Of a stretch of 64,000 bases of DNA, positions 17,995-25,792 are shown piece after piece. How positions within the stretch are numbered: position 1 is the first letter of the stretch; every line of letters starts with the position of its first letter. The notes beneath the pieces are model-generated. The model searched no databases and was not told the origin of the DNA. It saw nothing but the letters and a program-made list of their open reading frames with translations. This DNA comes from a virus: positions 96,001 to 160,000 of the IMG/VR virus record IMGVR_UViG_3300050821_003907; one strand, given 5' to 3'. Position numbers and translations under genes: made by a program.

Positions 17995-18178
17995 CCAGGA
18001 CGGCAAGCTGAAGCTAGCCGGACGCTATCTCGCCACTAACGAGAAGTACGAGCAGTTCGTGACTGACGATGTTGATGAGCTGCACGAGTGGGTGAACGCA
18101 CAGCAGGGTCCGTGCCACATGCAAGACATCGGATTCTACCTAGGCCCTATCCTAGAGGACATGAACCGTGAACGTTGA
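17984..18178 (+). CDS. hypothetical protein
   Basis: GGAG RBS; overlaps the namH-like start. Confidence 0.5.
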   Translation: MIYNQDGKLKLAGRYLATNEKYEQFVTDDVDELHEWVNAQQGPCHMQDIGFYLGPILEDMNRER

Positions 18179-19556
18179 GCACATAGGCCACGCCGGTTTC
18201 ATCGTCACGTCAGGTGACAAGAAGCTAGTATGCGACCCGTGGTTTAACCCTGCGTTCCTTAAATCCTGGTTTCCGTGGCCTGATAACAGGCACCACATGG
18301 ACGCAGCGCGCACCGCTGACGCCTTGTACATCTCGCATGCACATGAGGACCACTTCGACCGTGAGTTCCTGAAGACGATGCCTGACAAGGGCATTGAGGT
18401 GCTGGTTCCCAGGTTCAGGTCTAGCTATCTTACTAAGGAAATCAAGGAGCTAGGCTTCATTAACGTCCACGAAATGGTCCACGGTTCTACGTACTGGCTG
18501 TTCAAGAACCTTGACGTGAAGATGCTCATTGACCAGTCACACAAGGAAGACTCTGCCCTTCTGTGTGAGGACCTTGAAACAGGTTATCGTTTTCTGAATA
18601 GCAACGATTGCGAGCTAGCTGCAAATGACTGGCCGCAGGACATAGACCTCCTGGCTGCTCAGTATTCTGGGGCGTTCTGGTATCCTCACTGCTATGATTA
18701 CACGCAGTCCCAGCAGGTTGCCAAGGCAAAGGAAGTCGTCAAGAACAATATCGACAGGCTTTGCCGTCGAATCAAGCTCACGGGCGCTAAGAAGTACTTG
18801 CCATCGGCTGGACCAGCTGTATTCCTGGACCCTGAACTGCGGCACTATAACTTCAGCGGTATCTTTCCTCAGTTTGTTGATGTAGAAGAGGAAATTGAGC
18901 GGCAATGCCCGGACATTACATTTCACAGCGCTATGCACGGCGGAATTTACTTCTTTGCTGATTACCTCCATGACCGGCGTCATGAGTGGCAGTCCTGGTT
19001 TTACGAAGACTATGCTCCGGCTGAATCTCACGAACTGGCAGCACATTTCCGTAATCTTGAGCGGACTAACAGCGTGTTCCTGCAAGATTATCGCACCGAC
19101 CTGGCTATCTACTCCGGACGAGATGACTGGCAGGTACAGCTAGGCGTGGTGAAGGGTGAGCTTGAGGAAAGCTTTGACCCGCACTATTTCATGAACGTGC
19201 CACCGCGTGTGCTGCGAGCTGTGCTGGACGGACGGGCTACGTGGGAGACGGCGCTGCTGTCCAATCGCATTAAGCTCAAGCGCAACCCTGATAAGTACGA
19301 TTATAAGCTCATGGGACTGCTTAGCTTCGGAGACCGGCCTGCTCAGACTCGTGCCATGCACCGAGCGCAGCGGGCTAGCGAGACCATTACCCGCGACGGC
19401 CTTATCCTGCCCAGGTATTGCCCCCATGCTGGGGAGGATTTGTCTATCGCAACTATCTGCGATGGTGTTATTGAATGCCCTCGGCATAACTGGTCTTGGA
19501 CAACCTCAGGTGAATGTATTACCGCGCAAATTCCCATTGAGGTGAGAAAAGCATAG
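18168..19556 (+). CDS. namH: NamH-like hydroxylase (MBL fold plus C-terminal Rieske 2Fe-2S); putative UDP-MurNAc hydroxylase
   Basis: GHAGF..CDPWFNPAFLKSWFPWPDN, SHAHEDHFD, QYSGAFWYP..YD, PSAGP..FLDPELRH, WET..LS.R, CPHAG..CPRHNW; collinear with M. tuberculosis Rv3818/NamH as I recall it. Confidence 0.8.
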   Translation: MNVEHIGHAGFIVTSGDKKLVCDPWFNPAFLKSWFPWPDNRHHMDAARTADALYISHAHEDHFDREFLKTMPDKGIEVLVPRFRSSYLTKEIKELGFINVHEMVHGSTYWLFKNLDVKMLIDQSHKEDSALLCEDLETGYRFLNSNDCELAANDWPQDIDLLAAQYSGAFWYPHCYDYTQSQQVAKAKEVVKNNIDRLCRRIKLTGAKKYLPSAGPAVFLDPELRHYNFSGIFPQFVDVEEEIERQCPDITFHSAMHGGIYFFADYLHDRRHEWQSWFYEDYAPAESHELAAHFRNLERTNSVFLQDYRTDLAIYSGRDDWQVQLGVVKGELEESFDPHYFMNVPPRVLRAVLDGRATWETALLSNRIKLKRNPDKYDYKLMGLLSFGDRPAQTRAMHRAQRASETITRDGLILPRYCPHAGEDLSIATICDGVIECPRHNWSWTTSGECITAQIPIEVRKA

Positions 19557-19565
19557 AATTGGGGT

Positions 19566-19994
19566 ATGAACTTCGCGTGGTACTTCGTCGTTTACCACTG
19601 GCTGGAGCTGAATGGCTTCTACAGGGACATCCTGGCCAGTGTTATTGGCCTTGGCGCTGCGCGTACCATAGCGGCACGTCCCCTGCGGGGCGTAAAGGCA
19701 TCTCAGGCACGTCAAGAGGACCTTCTGGATACCAAAACCCCTGGCGGTCTTGCTGAGGTTCACGCGGAACTCAAGGCTTTGCGTCACCTTCTGAGTGACA
19801 CCAGCGAAACCAGTCAAGGGCATGAAGACGAAGACGAGACGCCGGAAATGGACGACAAGGACAAGGGCGGGGAATCTAGCGGCAAGCGAGGCTGGCTTAC
19901 CCAGTATCGCAGGTCCCGTAAGGGACACGGTGGAGCGGGCGTTCCTGAGGCTCCCCGGGAGCCTCCGCATTTTCTGCCGCCAGGGCACCGCTAA
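19566..19994 (+). CDS. membrane protein
   Basis: Hydrophobic N-terminus; ATG 6 nt after TAGAAT. Confidence 0.55.
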   Translation: MNFAWYFVVYHWLELNGFYRDILASVIGLGAARTIAARPLRGVKASQARQEDLLDTKTPGGLAEVHAELKALRHLLSDTSETSQGHEDEDETPEMDDKDKGGESSGKRGWLTQYRRSRKGHGGAGVPEAPREPPHFLPPGHR

Positions 19995-20731
19995 TGACTT
20001 CTAAGTACGAAAAATTGTGCGTCAGATGTAATCAAGTATTTACTACTCTGGATAAAAGACAACGTTATTGCAGTAAAGAGTGTTGGTACTCACATAATAG
20101 TACTGAGGTACTAACTTATACAGAAGCTAAGATTTATTTGAGCAGTATAAAGGCTGCACGAGGTTGCGAGAATTGCGGTTACTGTAATCCGATTGCCTTG
20201 GATTTTGACCACGTTGACCGCTCAACCAAGCTAGCTCCTCTAGCACGTTTGTCTAGAACTAGCGTGAAACAATCAGTGTTGCAGGAAGAATTGGCTAAAT
20301 GTATGGTCTTGTGTGCGAACTGTCACGTCATTAAGACAAGGGATAATCAAGATTGGCGCCGTCCCAGTAAGCGCATTATTTGCGGATTCCTTATAGCAGG
20401 AACAGACTTGTGCCAGTTGAGTTCAGGACATAGTGGCGGTCATAGGCGAATTAGTTCTAGCACTAATACTAATAGTCGCAGAAAGGAGCGCCGTATTTGG
20501 GTAGACGCGCTTAAACTAGCGGCGGCCTGTACAGACTGCGGCTACGATACTGATGCTAGGGCGCTACAGTTTGACCACGTAAATCGTGGTGATAAACTAC
20601 TACCGGTGGCGTCGATGCTTCATTATGACGAAGAGCGTTTGCGCGCTGAAATCGCTAAATGTGTAATTCGCTGTGCTAACTGTCACAGGCTTAAGACAAA
20701 GGCAGGAGGTGAGTATAGGCATGGCTTCTAA
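19994..20731 (+). CDS. endonuclease with tandem HNH domains
   Basis: CENCG..ALDFDHV..LCANCH and CTDCG..ALQFDHV..RCANCH; AT-rich. Confidence 0.85.
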   Translation: MTSKYEKLCVRCNQVFTTLDKRQRYCSKECWYSHNSTEVLTYTEAKIYLSSIKAARGCENCGYCNPIALDFDHVDRSTKLAPLARLSRTSVKQSVLQEELAKCMVLCANCHVIKTRDNQDWRRPSKRIICGFLIAGTDLCQLSSGHSGGHRRISSSTNTNSRRKERRIWVDALKLAAACTDCGYDTDARALQFDHVNRGDKLLPVASMLHYDEERLRAEIAKCVIRCANCHRLKTKAGGEYRHGF

Positions 20732-21086
20732 GTATGCTTCCGGTTCTGTTTACAGGCGGATGGCAAAGTTCGTTTTCGAGCGCTGGGGAGACCGTTGCCA
20801 CTTACACCTTTGCACGCACCACAATGCCCGGCACCTGGACCATGTTGAGCCGCAGACTGAGAACGAAGCACGCAAGCATGACGTGACTAACCTACGGCCA
20901 GTGCATGGCTCGCCAGGGAATCCCTGCCGTGAGTGCTCACAAGCTGCGGGCAAGAACATCTACTGTAATCAAATCAGGGGTGGGTACACCATTGACCGGG
21001 CCATACGGAAGCTGCGAGAGCTTACGGGGCTGCCGATTCCTGACTACGGAAAACCTGCTCAGCAGCCCCGTGCACGCGAGTGGTAA
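20721..21086 (+). CDS. HNH-like endonuclease
   Basis: CHLHLC..LDHVEP..NLRPVHG..CREC..CNQIRG; AGGAGG RBS. Confidence 0.7.
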   Translation: MASKYASGSVYRRMAKFVFERWGDRCHLHLCTHHNARHLDHVEPQTENEARKHDVTNLRPVHGSPGNPCRECSQAAGKNIYCNQIRGGYTIDRAIRKLRELTGLPIPDYGKPAQQPRAREW

Positions 21087-21409
21087 CTAGATTGCTACTA
21101 GCGTGGGTACGCCGTACTCATCACTGAGGTCAATCCAGTAGCCGCGAAGGCAGCCGATGATAATTCCGGCCTGCTCAGGATGTGCACGCTGCACGTCCTT
21201 CAGCCACGCCTCACTCATGTGCCAGCGCTGCGCGACCACCTAGAGGATGAGCTGGAAAAAGCTGCTGACGAAGGACTCCGTTGGCTGGACGACAGCTTTC
21301 GCCACGTAGAATTCAATCTCGTCCTTGGTATACCAGTAAGGCCCAACGTACTTCCGGTAGACGCAGTTCTTGTCAGCAGCCTTGAATTCCTGGGGCCTGA
21401 TGCGTGCCA

Positions 21410-21778
21410 TCAGGCGATGTCTCTGTACGTCTTGCCTGTGATGACCTGGCGAATTGAGCTGCGTGACGGCATGTTCGGCTGCTTGGAAATCTGCCAGTCG
21501 CTCAGCCCTTGAGAATTCAGCCGCTTGATTTCCCGCACGGTATCATCACTCATCGCACGGTCCTTGCGCGCCTTAATTGGCTTGCTGTGACTAATGCCAT
21601 TAAGCACGTTGTAGATTGTAGACGGGTTCACGTCATACTCCCTGGCGAGTGCCGTTACCCCGGCAGCTTGTCGCAGGACCTTAATCATTTCGGCGTCATT
21701 TGTAGTAAGCTTACGGCTCATGTCACGAAACCCTTCCTCATCCGCAATAGTTAATTCCCTGTGGTAGGCTTGCGCCAT
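21410..21778 (-). CDS. tandem HTH DNA-binding protein
   Basis: KLT..IK.L..LAREYDVNPSTIYNVLNG and V.EIK.L..ISKQ..SIRQVITGKTY; start may be 21722. Confidence 0.65.
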   Translation of the reverse strand: MAQAYHRELTIADEEGFRDMSRKLTTNDAEMIKVLRQAAGVTALAREYDVNPSTIYNVLNGISHSKPIKARKDRAMSDDTVREIKRLNSQGLSDWQISKQPNMPSRSSIRQVITGKTYRDIA

Positions 21779-21986
21779 GGATGTAATGCACTTGGTTCAG
21801 AACCCTGTGATGGACCCCATTGACCTTTGTGAATACCCCGTGGAAGTGTCGCAGAACATAGGACTCAGGCTTGCGGCTGCTGAAGGACTTACTGAAGCAG
21901 AGGCACTAGACGCTTTCATTGAAGCCCTTCCTGACACCGTGACCACCGATAAAGGTGACATCCGCCTTATGTTCGTGGTGAGCTAG
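21777..21986 (+). CDS. hypothetical protein
   Basis: ATG 6 nt after TAGGCT (21765-21770). Confidence 0.55.
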   Translation: MDVMHLVQNPVMDPIDLCEYPVEVSQNIGLRLAAAEGLTEAEALDAFIEALPDTVTTDKGDIRLMFVVS

Positions 21987-21993
21987 GAGCGAC

Positions 21994-22305
21994 ATGAGCG
22001 ATACTCTTGACGACAATCCCGGTGGCGCAACTAAGTTCACGCTGCCGTACATAGAAAAGGTGCTAGGGAAGTTCCCGTTCATCGGAGTCAGTGAGCGTGA
22101 CCAGATTCTGGCTAACCTCAAGGATGGTAAGCAAGTGCTCATGCACCTGGAGGGACGTCCTGACAAGGAATGCTTCCTGATGATTGTCAAGGTAGGTGAC
22201 GGGCTTTACGGCGCTAAGACGATGCCTCATGACATCGGGCAAGCACTACTTGCAGCCAACGAAATCCTGTTTTCCCTAGAGCAACCTGATGAGCCTGAAG
22301 AGTAA
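21994..22305 (+). CDS. hypothetical protein
   Basis: AGGAG RBS. Confidence 0.6.
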   Translation: MSDTLDDNPGGATKFTLPYIEKVLGKFPFIGVSERDQILANLKDGKQVLMHLEGRPDKECFLMIVKVGDGLYGAKTMPHDIGQALLAANEILFSLEQPDEPEE

Positions 22306-22500
22306 TTCACAGGGACGCGTATCCACTTTCCGTAGAGCCTCACATGCCAGCAACGATTCTCAACTCAGTCAGTTCATCCTGCTCAGCAAAGCAGGTGGCA
22401 CCGAACTAACGAGGAAAACCTTCACCGATACTTTCCCTACCCGAAGCAAGTGGCTGTTGTAAGCGGCGAAAGGAGGAAGACCGCCCGCGCCCCTGTGAAT
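22305..22500 (-). ncRNA. candidate structured ncRNA (about 196 nt)
   Basis: 15-bp closing stem plus nested stems; three stem mismatches become G-U wobbles on the - strand. Confidence 0.55.
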
Positions 22501-22514
22501 ATTAACCCAGCTTG

Positions 22515-22892
22515 TTAGCTGGAAGCATCGCGACGGTAAACTAGCGTCGGCTTATGGACTTCAAAAAACTTCTCGATGGGACGAGCTCCGACTACAGCGG
22601 GCACGGAACTGTAGGTAACCGAGCAAGACGTGAAGCACTCAATGACAAATCCATCACAACTAGCCCACGCCTTGCGCACGTACCAGTCAATGCCTCCGCT
22701 GCCGCGCCAGACATCGCCTACCTTGACCTCAGGCTGGACTTTATCCATCATGGCGTAAGGCAGAAACGCTTGGCGAGGCGCAGTTTCGGAATGGGAAACA
22801 GTAACCCAGGCACCGGTACTGCCAGGCATGTCAATCTTAGTGCGAAACTCCTTGATGACGACCTCGTCACCTTCGCTGAATGCGTCTGTCAT
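22515..22892 (-). CDS. hypothetical protein (SH3/KOW-like modules)
   Basis: FSEGDEVVI and VKVGDVW motifs; start overlaps upstream TGA. Confidence 0.55.
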   Translation of the reverse strand: MTDAFSEGDEVVIKEFRTKIDMPGSTGAWVTVSHSETAPRQAFLPYAMMDKVQPEVKVGDVWRGSGGIDWYVRKAWASCDGFVIECFTSCSVTYSSVPAVVGARPIEKFFEVHKPTLVYRRDASS

Positions 22893-23134
22893 GATTGCTC
22901 CCCTTCTAGCATTACTTCCCCATCCGCGCCAAATCGCTTGACCAGGACCCTCTCGCCACCGTACAACGCGAAGATGACCTGGCTTATTCCGGCGTTCTTG
23001 GCTAGCATCTGCGCGTCCCTGAGGGCCTGCGTGACGCCCTTGAGCGTGCCGGGGTATATCGTGACGCTCGGCCATGGACAGGGCTTCTCCGTGCCGCTAC
23101 GACGCATGTATCGGTCAGGCTTAGACTCCGACAC
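22889..23134 (-). CDS. hypothetical protein
   Basis: Coupled ORF. Confidence 0.5.
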   Translation of the reverse strand: MSESKPDRYMRRSGTEKPCPWPSVTIYPGTLKGVTQALRDAQMLAKNAGISQVIFALYGGERVLVKRFGADGEVMLEGEQS

Positions 23135-23501
23135 GCGCCAGCTCGTCCGGTACTAGCTCTCCGTCACGGAAGCGCCAGTTCTGCCCGTAGTAATTGGCGT
23201 ACTTCTCAGGACCCTCATTATCCAGCATCTCTTCAATAGCTAGCATCACCTCTAGGGCCTCTTCAACGATGAAGCCCATGACCGATACCTGCCACAACTC
23301 ATGCTCTAGGCCGCCAGCACGGTTCCAGCGCTTGCTGCTGGAATGGATGAACACCGTTGGACCGCCCCAGATATTGTTGGATATGTCTGCCGCGTAATCG
23401 TAGGAAACTTCTGCCGTGCGCACGTTAATAGCTTGCAGGTGCCCAGTGCATGAGTCCCATAGGCTGGAAAGAACAGGTGCACGGAACATGCGTTCAGTCA
23501 T
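23121..23501 (-). CDS. hypothetical protein
   Basis: Coupled ORF. Confidence 0.5.
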   Translation of the reverse strand: MTERMFRAPVLSSLWDSCTGHLQAINVRTAEVSYDYAADISNNIWGGPTVFIHSSSKRWNRAGGLEHELWQVSVMGFIVEEALEVMLAIEEMLDNEGPEKYANYYGQNWRFRDGELVPDELARVGV

Positions 23502-23743
23502 TAAAACGGATATCCAATCGGGAATACCTTCTTGAAAAGCTCTCGTGCTTCGGTAATAGGCTCAGGCGCGTGAGTGTGAGGATTGAATGTACGGTCTGAA
23601 CGAATCAGATTGTCGGCTACACACATGTCGTATGCCTTAGCTAGTTCGTGCAATCGCCTACGGATAAGTGCGGCATCATTGCCTGCGCTACGGTTACCGT
23701 GTGGCTTTACGCGAATAATGATGTAGCACTCTTCGTTAGTCAC
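23501..23743 (-). CDS. hypothetical protein
   Basis: AAGGAG RBS. Confidence 0.5.
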   Translation of the reverse strand: MTNEECYIIIRVKPHGNRSAGNDAALIRRRLHELAKAYDMCVADNLIRSDRTFNPHTHAPEPITEARELFKKVFPIGYPF

Positions 23744-23893
23744 GGTAGCTCCTTAATGCCCAATGCCGCTACCCAGCCATCAAACTCCCTGTGCCACGAG
23801 GGTGCGTTGGACCGGGAGCTGAACTCAGCACTGATGTCAATATAGTCTTCTCTTGCCTGCGCAAGCAATCTCGCAAGAGCTTCTTTGTCAACG

Positions 23894-24136
23894 CTAACGC
23901 GACTCATTTGCACTCCTCAGTCGCTTGGTAAGTTCTTCTTGCATGTACTCGTAGCCTCGTGGCAGTGGACGCGTCAGGCTGTGTTCCTTTAGCATGTGCA
24001 CGCACAGCTCTACTTCACAGTCAGCATCACTTTGAAAACGTCCGCACTGCCAGTCCCAGTCACACTGCTGTATACCGTTATCATCTTCACTAAGGTCACA
24101 GTAGGCTTCATACGCGGTGTAAGGCTCAACAGGCAT
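23894..24136 (-). CDS. hypothetical Cys/His protein
   Basis: AGGAGA RBS. Confidence 0.55.
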   Translation of the reverse strand: MPVEPYTAYEAYCDLSEDDNGIQQCDWDWQCGRFQSDADCEVELCVHMLKEHSLTRPLPRGYEYMQEELTKRLRSANESR

Positions 24137-24143
24137 GATTCTC

Positions 24144-24623
24144 CTAATTACAGTACTTGTAGCCCGACACTTCCACCAGGAAACCGCCTTGGACAGCGCG
24201 CTCCATCAGGTAGTCCACCGTGCCAGCTTCTGAATACTCGTCCAGGCCAGCAGGGATTCGCAGGTTACGGCTAGTGGTGCTGTTGACAATGCCCGGCGCG
24301 GAGAACGCTACGTTGATTGTCTTGACGTTCTCAGTGAGAGACAACGGCTCATCACATCCGCAATTCTGACAGGTGAAACCCTCAGGTGGCAGGTAAAAGC
24401 ACTTATGGCACGATGCCTTGACTTCCCACTCACGTACATCAAAGGCGCTAGCGATGGCTGCCAGCGGCGGCGGGTAGCGCGTGCCCTTTTCCATGCGCAG
24501 GATGTGGCTCTTGTGCACGCCACCTAGCAGCATTCCTACAGCCGCCAGTGACATCTTGTTCTCAGTGCGCAGACGCCGCAGGGAACGACGTGCCAGCTCT
24601 TGGTCTTGCTGAAGCTTATCCAT
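24144..24623 (-). CDS. XRE-family HTH regulator with zinc finger
   Basis: LRRLR..MSLAAVG....HKSHILRMEKG..P; CHKC....FTCQNCG. Confidence 0.75.
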   Translation of the reverse strand: MDKLQQDQELARRSLRRLRTENKMSLAAVGMLLGGVHKSHILRMEKGTRYPPPLAAIASAFDVREWEVKASCHKCFYLPPEGFTCQNCGCDEPLSLTENVKTINVAFSAPGIVNSTTSRNLRIPAGLDEYSEAGTVDYLMERAVQGGFLVEVSGYKYCN

Positions 24624-24634
24624 AGTGGTCCTTA

Positions 24635-24952
24635 TTACATGCCGTGAGTGAGTCCGTCTGCGGTTCTTACAGTAAGCTTCAAACCCGACGGCATCGTTTT
24701 TAGCTCTATGAGGGTAAAGTCTCCGTAATCCATCACGAGGTCTAGGTAGGCTAGTAGACTGCTGACTTTTTGTCGAATTTCCAGGTCGTAACTGTACCAG
24801 TCATACGCCACGAATTCCGTGTCAGGCAAGTCATCGTCACCATGCACGGGACTGAAAAGTACCGCAGCGCCTTGAGGTGCATTATGCGAGATGCCGTTAT
24901 CGTCTACACCCCCAACATGGAACCCGAACTGGTATTTCACCAGCTCTATCAT
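24635..24952 (-). CDS. hypothetical protein
   Basis: Coupled ORF. Confidence 0.5.
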   Translation of the reverse strand: MIELVKYQFGFHVGGVDDNGISHNAPQGAAVLFSPVHGDDDLPDTEFVAYDWYSYDLEIRQKVSSLLAYLDLVMDYGDFTLIELKTMPSGLKLTVRTADGLTHGM

Positions 24953-25130
24953 TCGAACTTCTCCACTCCGAGGAACAACGGGCCTAGCTCAATGTGAAGC
25001 CAGTACACCGAACTGTTAAAGCTGATGTAGAGGTGGACCCAGTCGCGCCAGCTTCTGTTACGAACAGGACTCGTAGCCAGAGGTGACCAGTACGCGTAAG
25101 AGTGCCCTTTAGTGAGGACAATTTCAGGTT

Positions 25131-25355
25131 TCACGTTAGCGCTTTCCTTCCCTCAGTGCCCAGCACCGCTATCTCCACGAGCCGCATGGTGTAGACGTGC
25201 TCCAGGGCACCGCGCATAGTGCGCTTCCAGTAATCACTCACGCCGTACTGGTTGCACTCAGGGTTAACGCAGAACCACTCCCAGCGCATTCCCGGCTTGT
25301 ACCGTTCACCCCGGCGCTTGCGCACATGACAGTGGTGCTCGTGGTCCCAGTGCAT
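25131..25355 (-). CDS. hypothetical protein
   Basis: Coupled ORF with Cys/His. Confidence 0.5.
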   Translation of the reverse strand: MHWDHEHHCHVRKRRGERYKPGMRWEWFCVNPECNQYGVSDYWKRTMRGALEHVYTMRLVEIAVLGTEGRKALT

Positions 25356-25792
25356 TACTGCACATCCCAGGGTAGCTCTTCCTGGTTCTCCAGGAGCCGC
25401 TTGATGGCAGGTTCTGCGGGCATGTAATTCGGGCCCTTGAGAATCTTGCCGTCATCGCGCAGGAGAGGCTGGCAGTCTGGCCCAATCTTAGACATGTTCG
25501 ACAGGTGGACTAGCCGCAGGACTTCATCCAGGTTAATGCCGTAAGTAATCGCAGTCCCGTAGGCTACGTACACGACGTCAGCTAGTTCCTTGGCAATAGC
25601 CACGAGTTCATCTGACTCAAGAGCCTCAACAAGCTCACGCGTTTCCTCCCACTGAAGAGATGAACGCAGGCTTATCTCCTGGTTGTCAATGTTTGCGGGC
25701 TGCGCGGGCGTGTTGCGCATGGGCAGGTCGAACATCGCGTGGAAGTTAGCGACTTCCCAGGCCACATCGGACACACCATCTGGTGTAGGCAT
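25355..25792 (-). CDS. MazG/PRA-PH-like nucleotide pyrophosphohydrolase
   Basis: EETRELVEA..KELADVVYVAYG..VHLSNMSK...DGKILKGPNY. Confidence 0.85.
   Translation of the reverse strand: MPTPDGVSDVAWEVANFHAMFDLPMRNTPAQPANIDNQEISLRSSLQWEETRELVEALESDELVAIAKELADVVYVAYGTAITYGINLDEVLRLVHLSNMSKIGPDCQPLLRDDGKILKGPNYMPAEPAIKRLLENQEELPWDVQ

Noticed and set aside
22400-22445. Cobalamin riboswitch-like AGGGAA...GGTG in the 196-nt element
   Set aside because: No B12 box or GCCACTG-type elements, and the element is not upstream of a B12-related gene
22554-23156. 200-aa plus-strand ORF
   Set aside because: Antisense to coupled minus-strand genes that have RBSs
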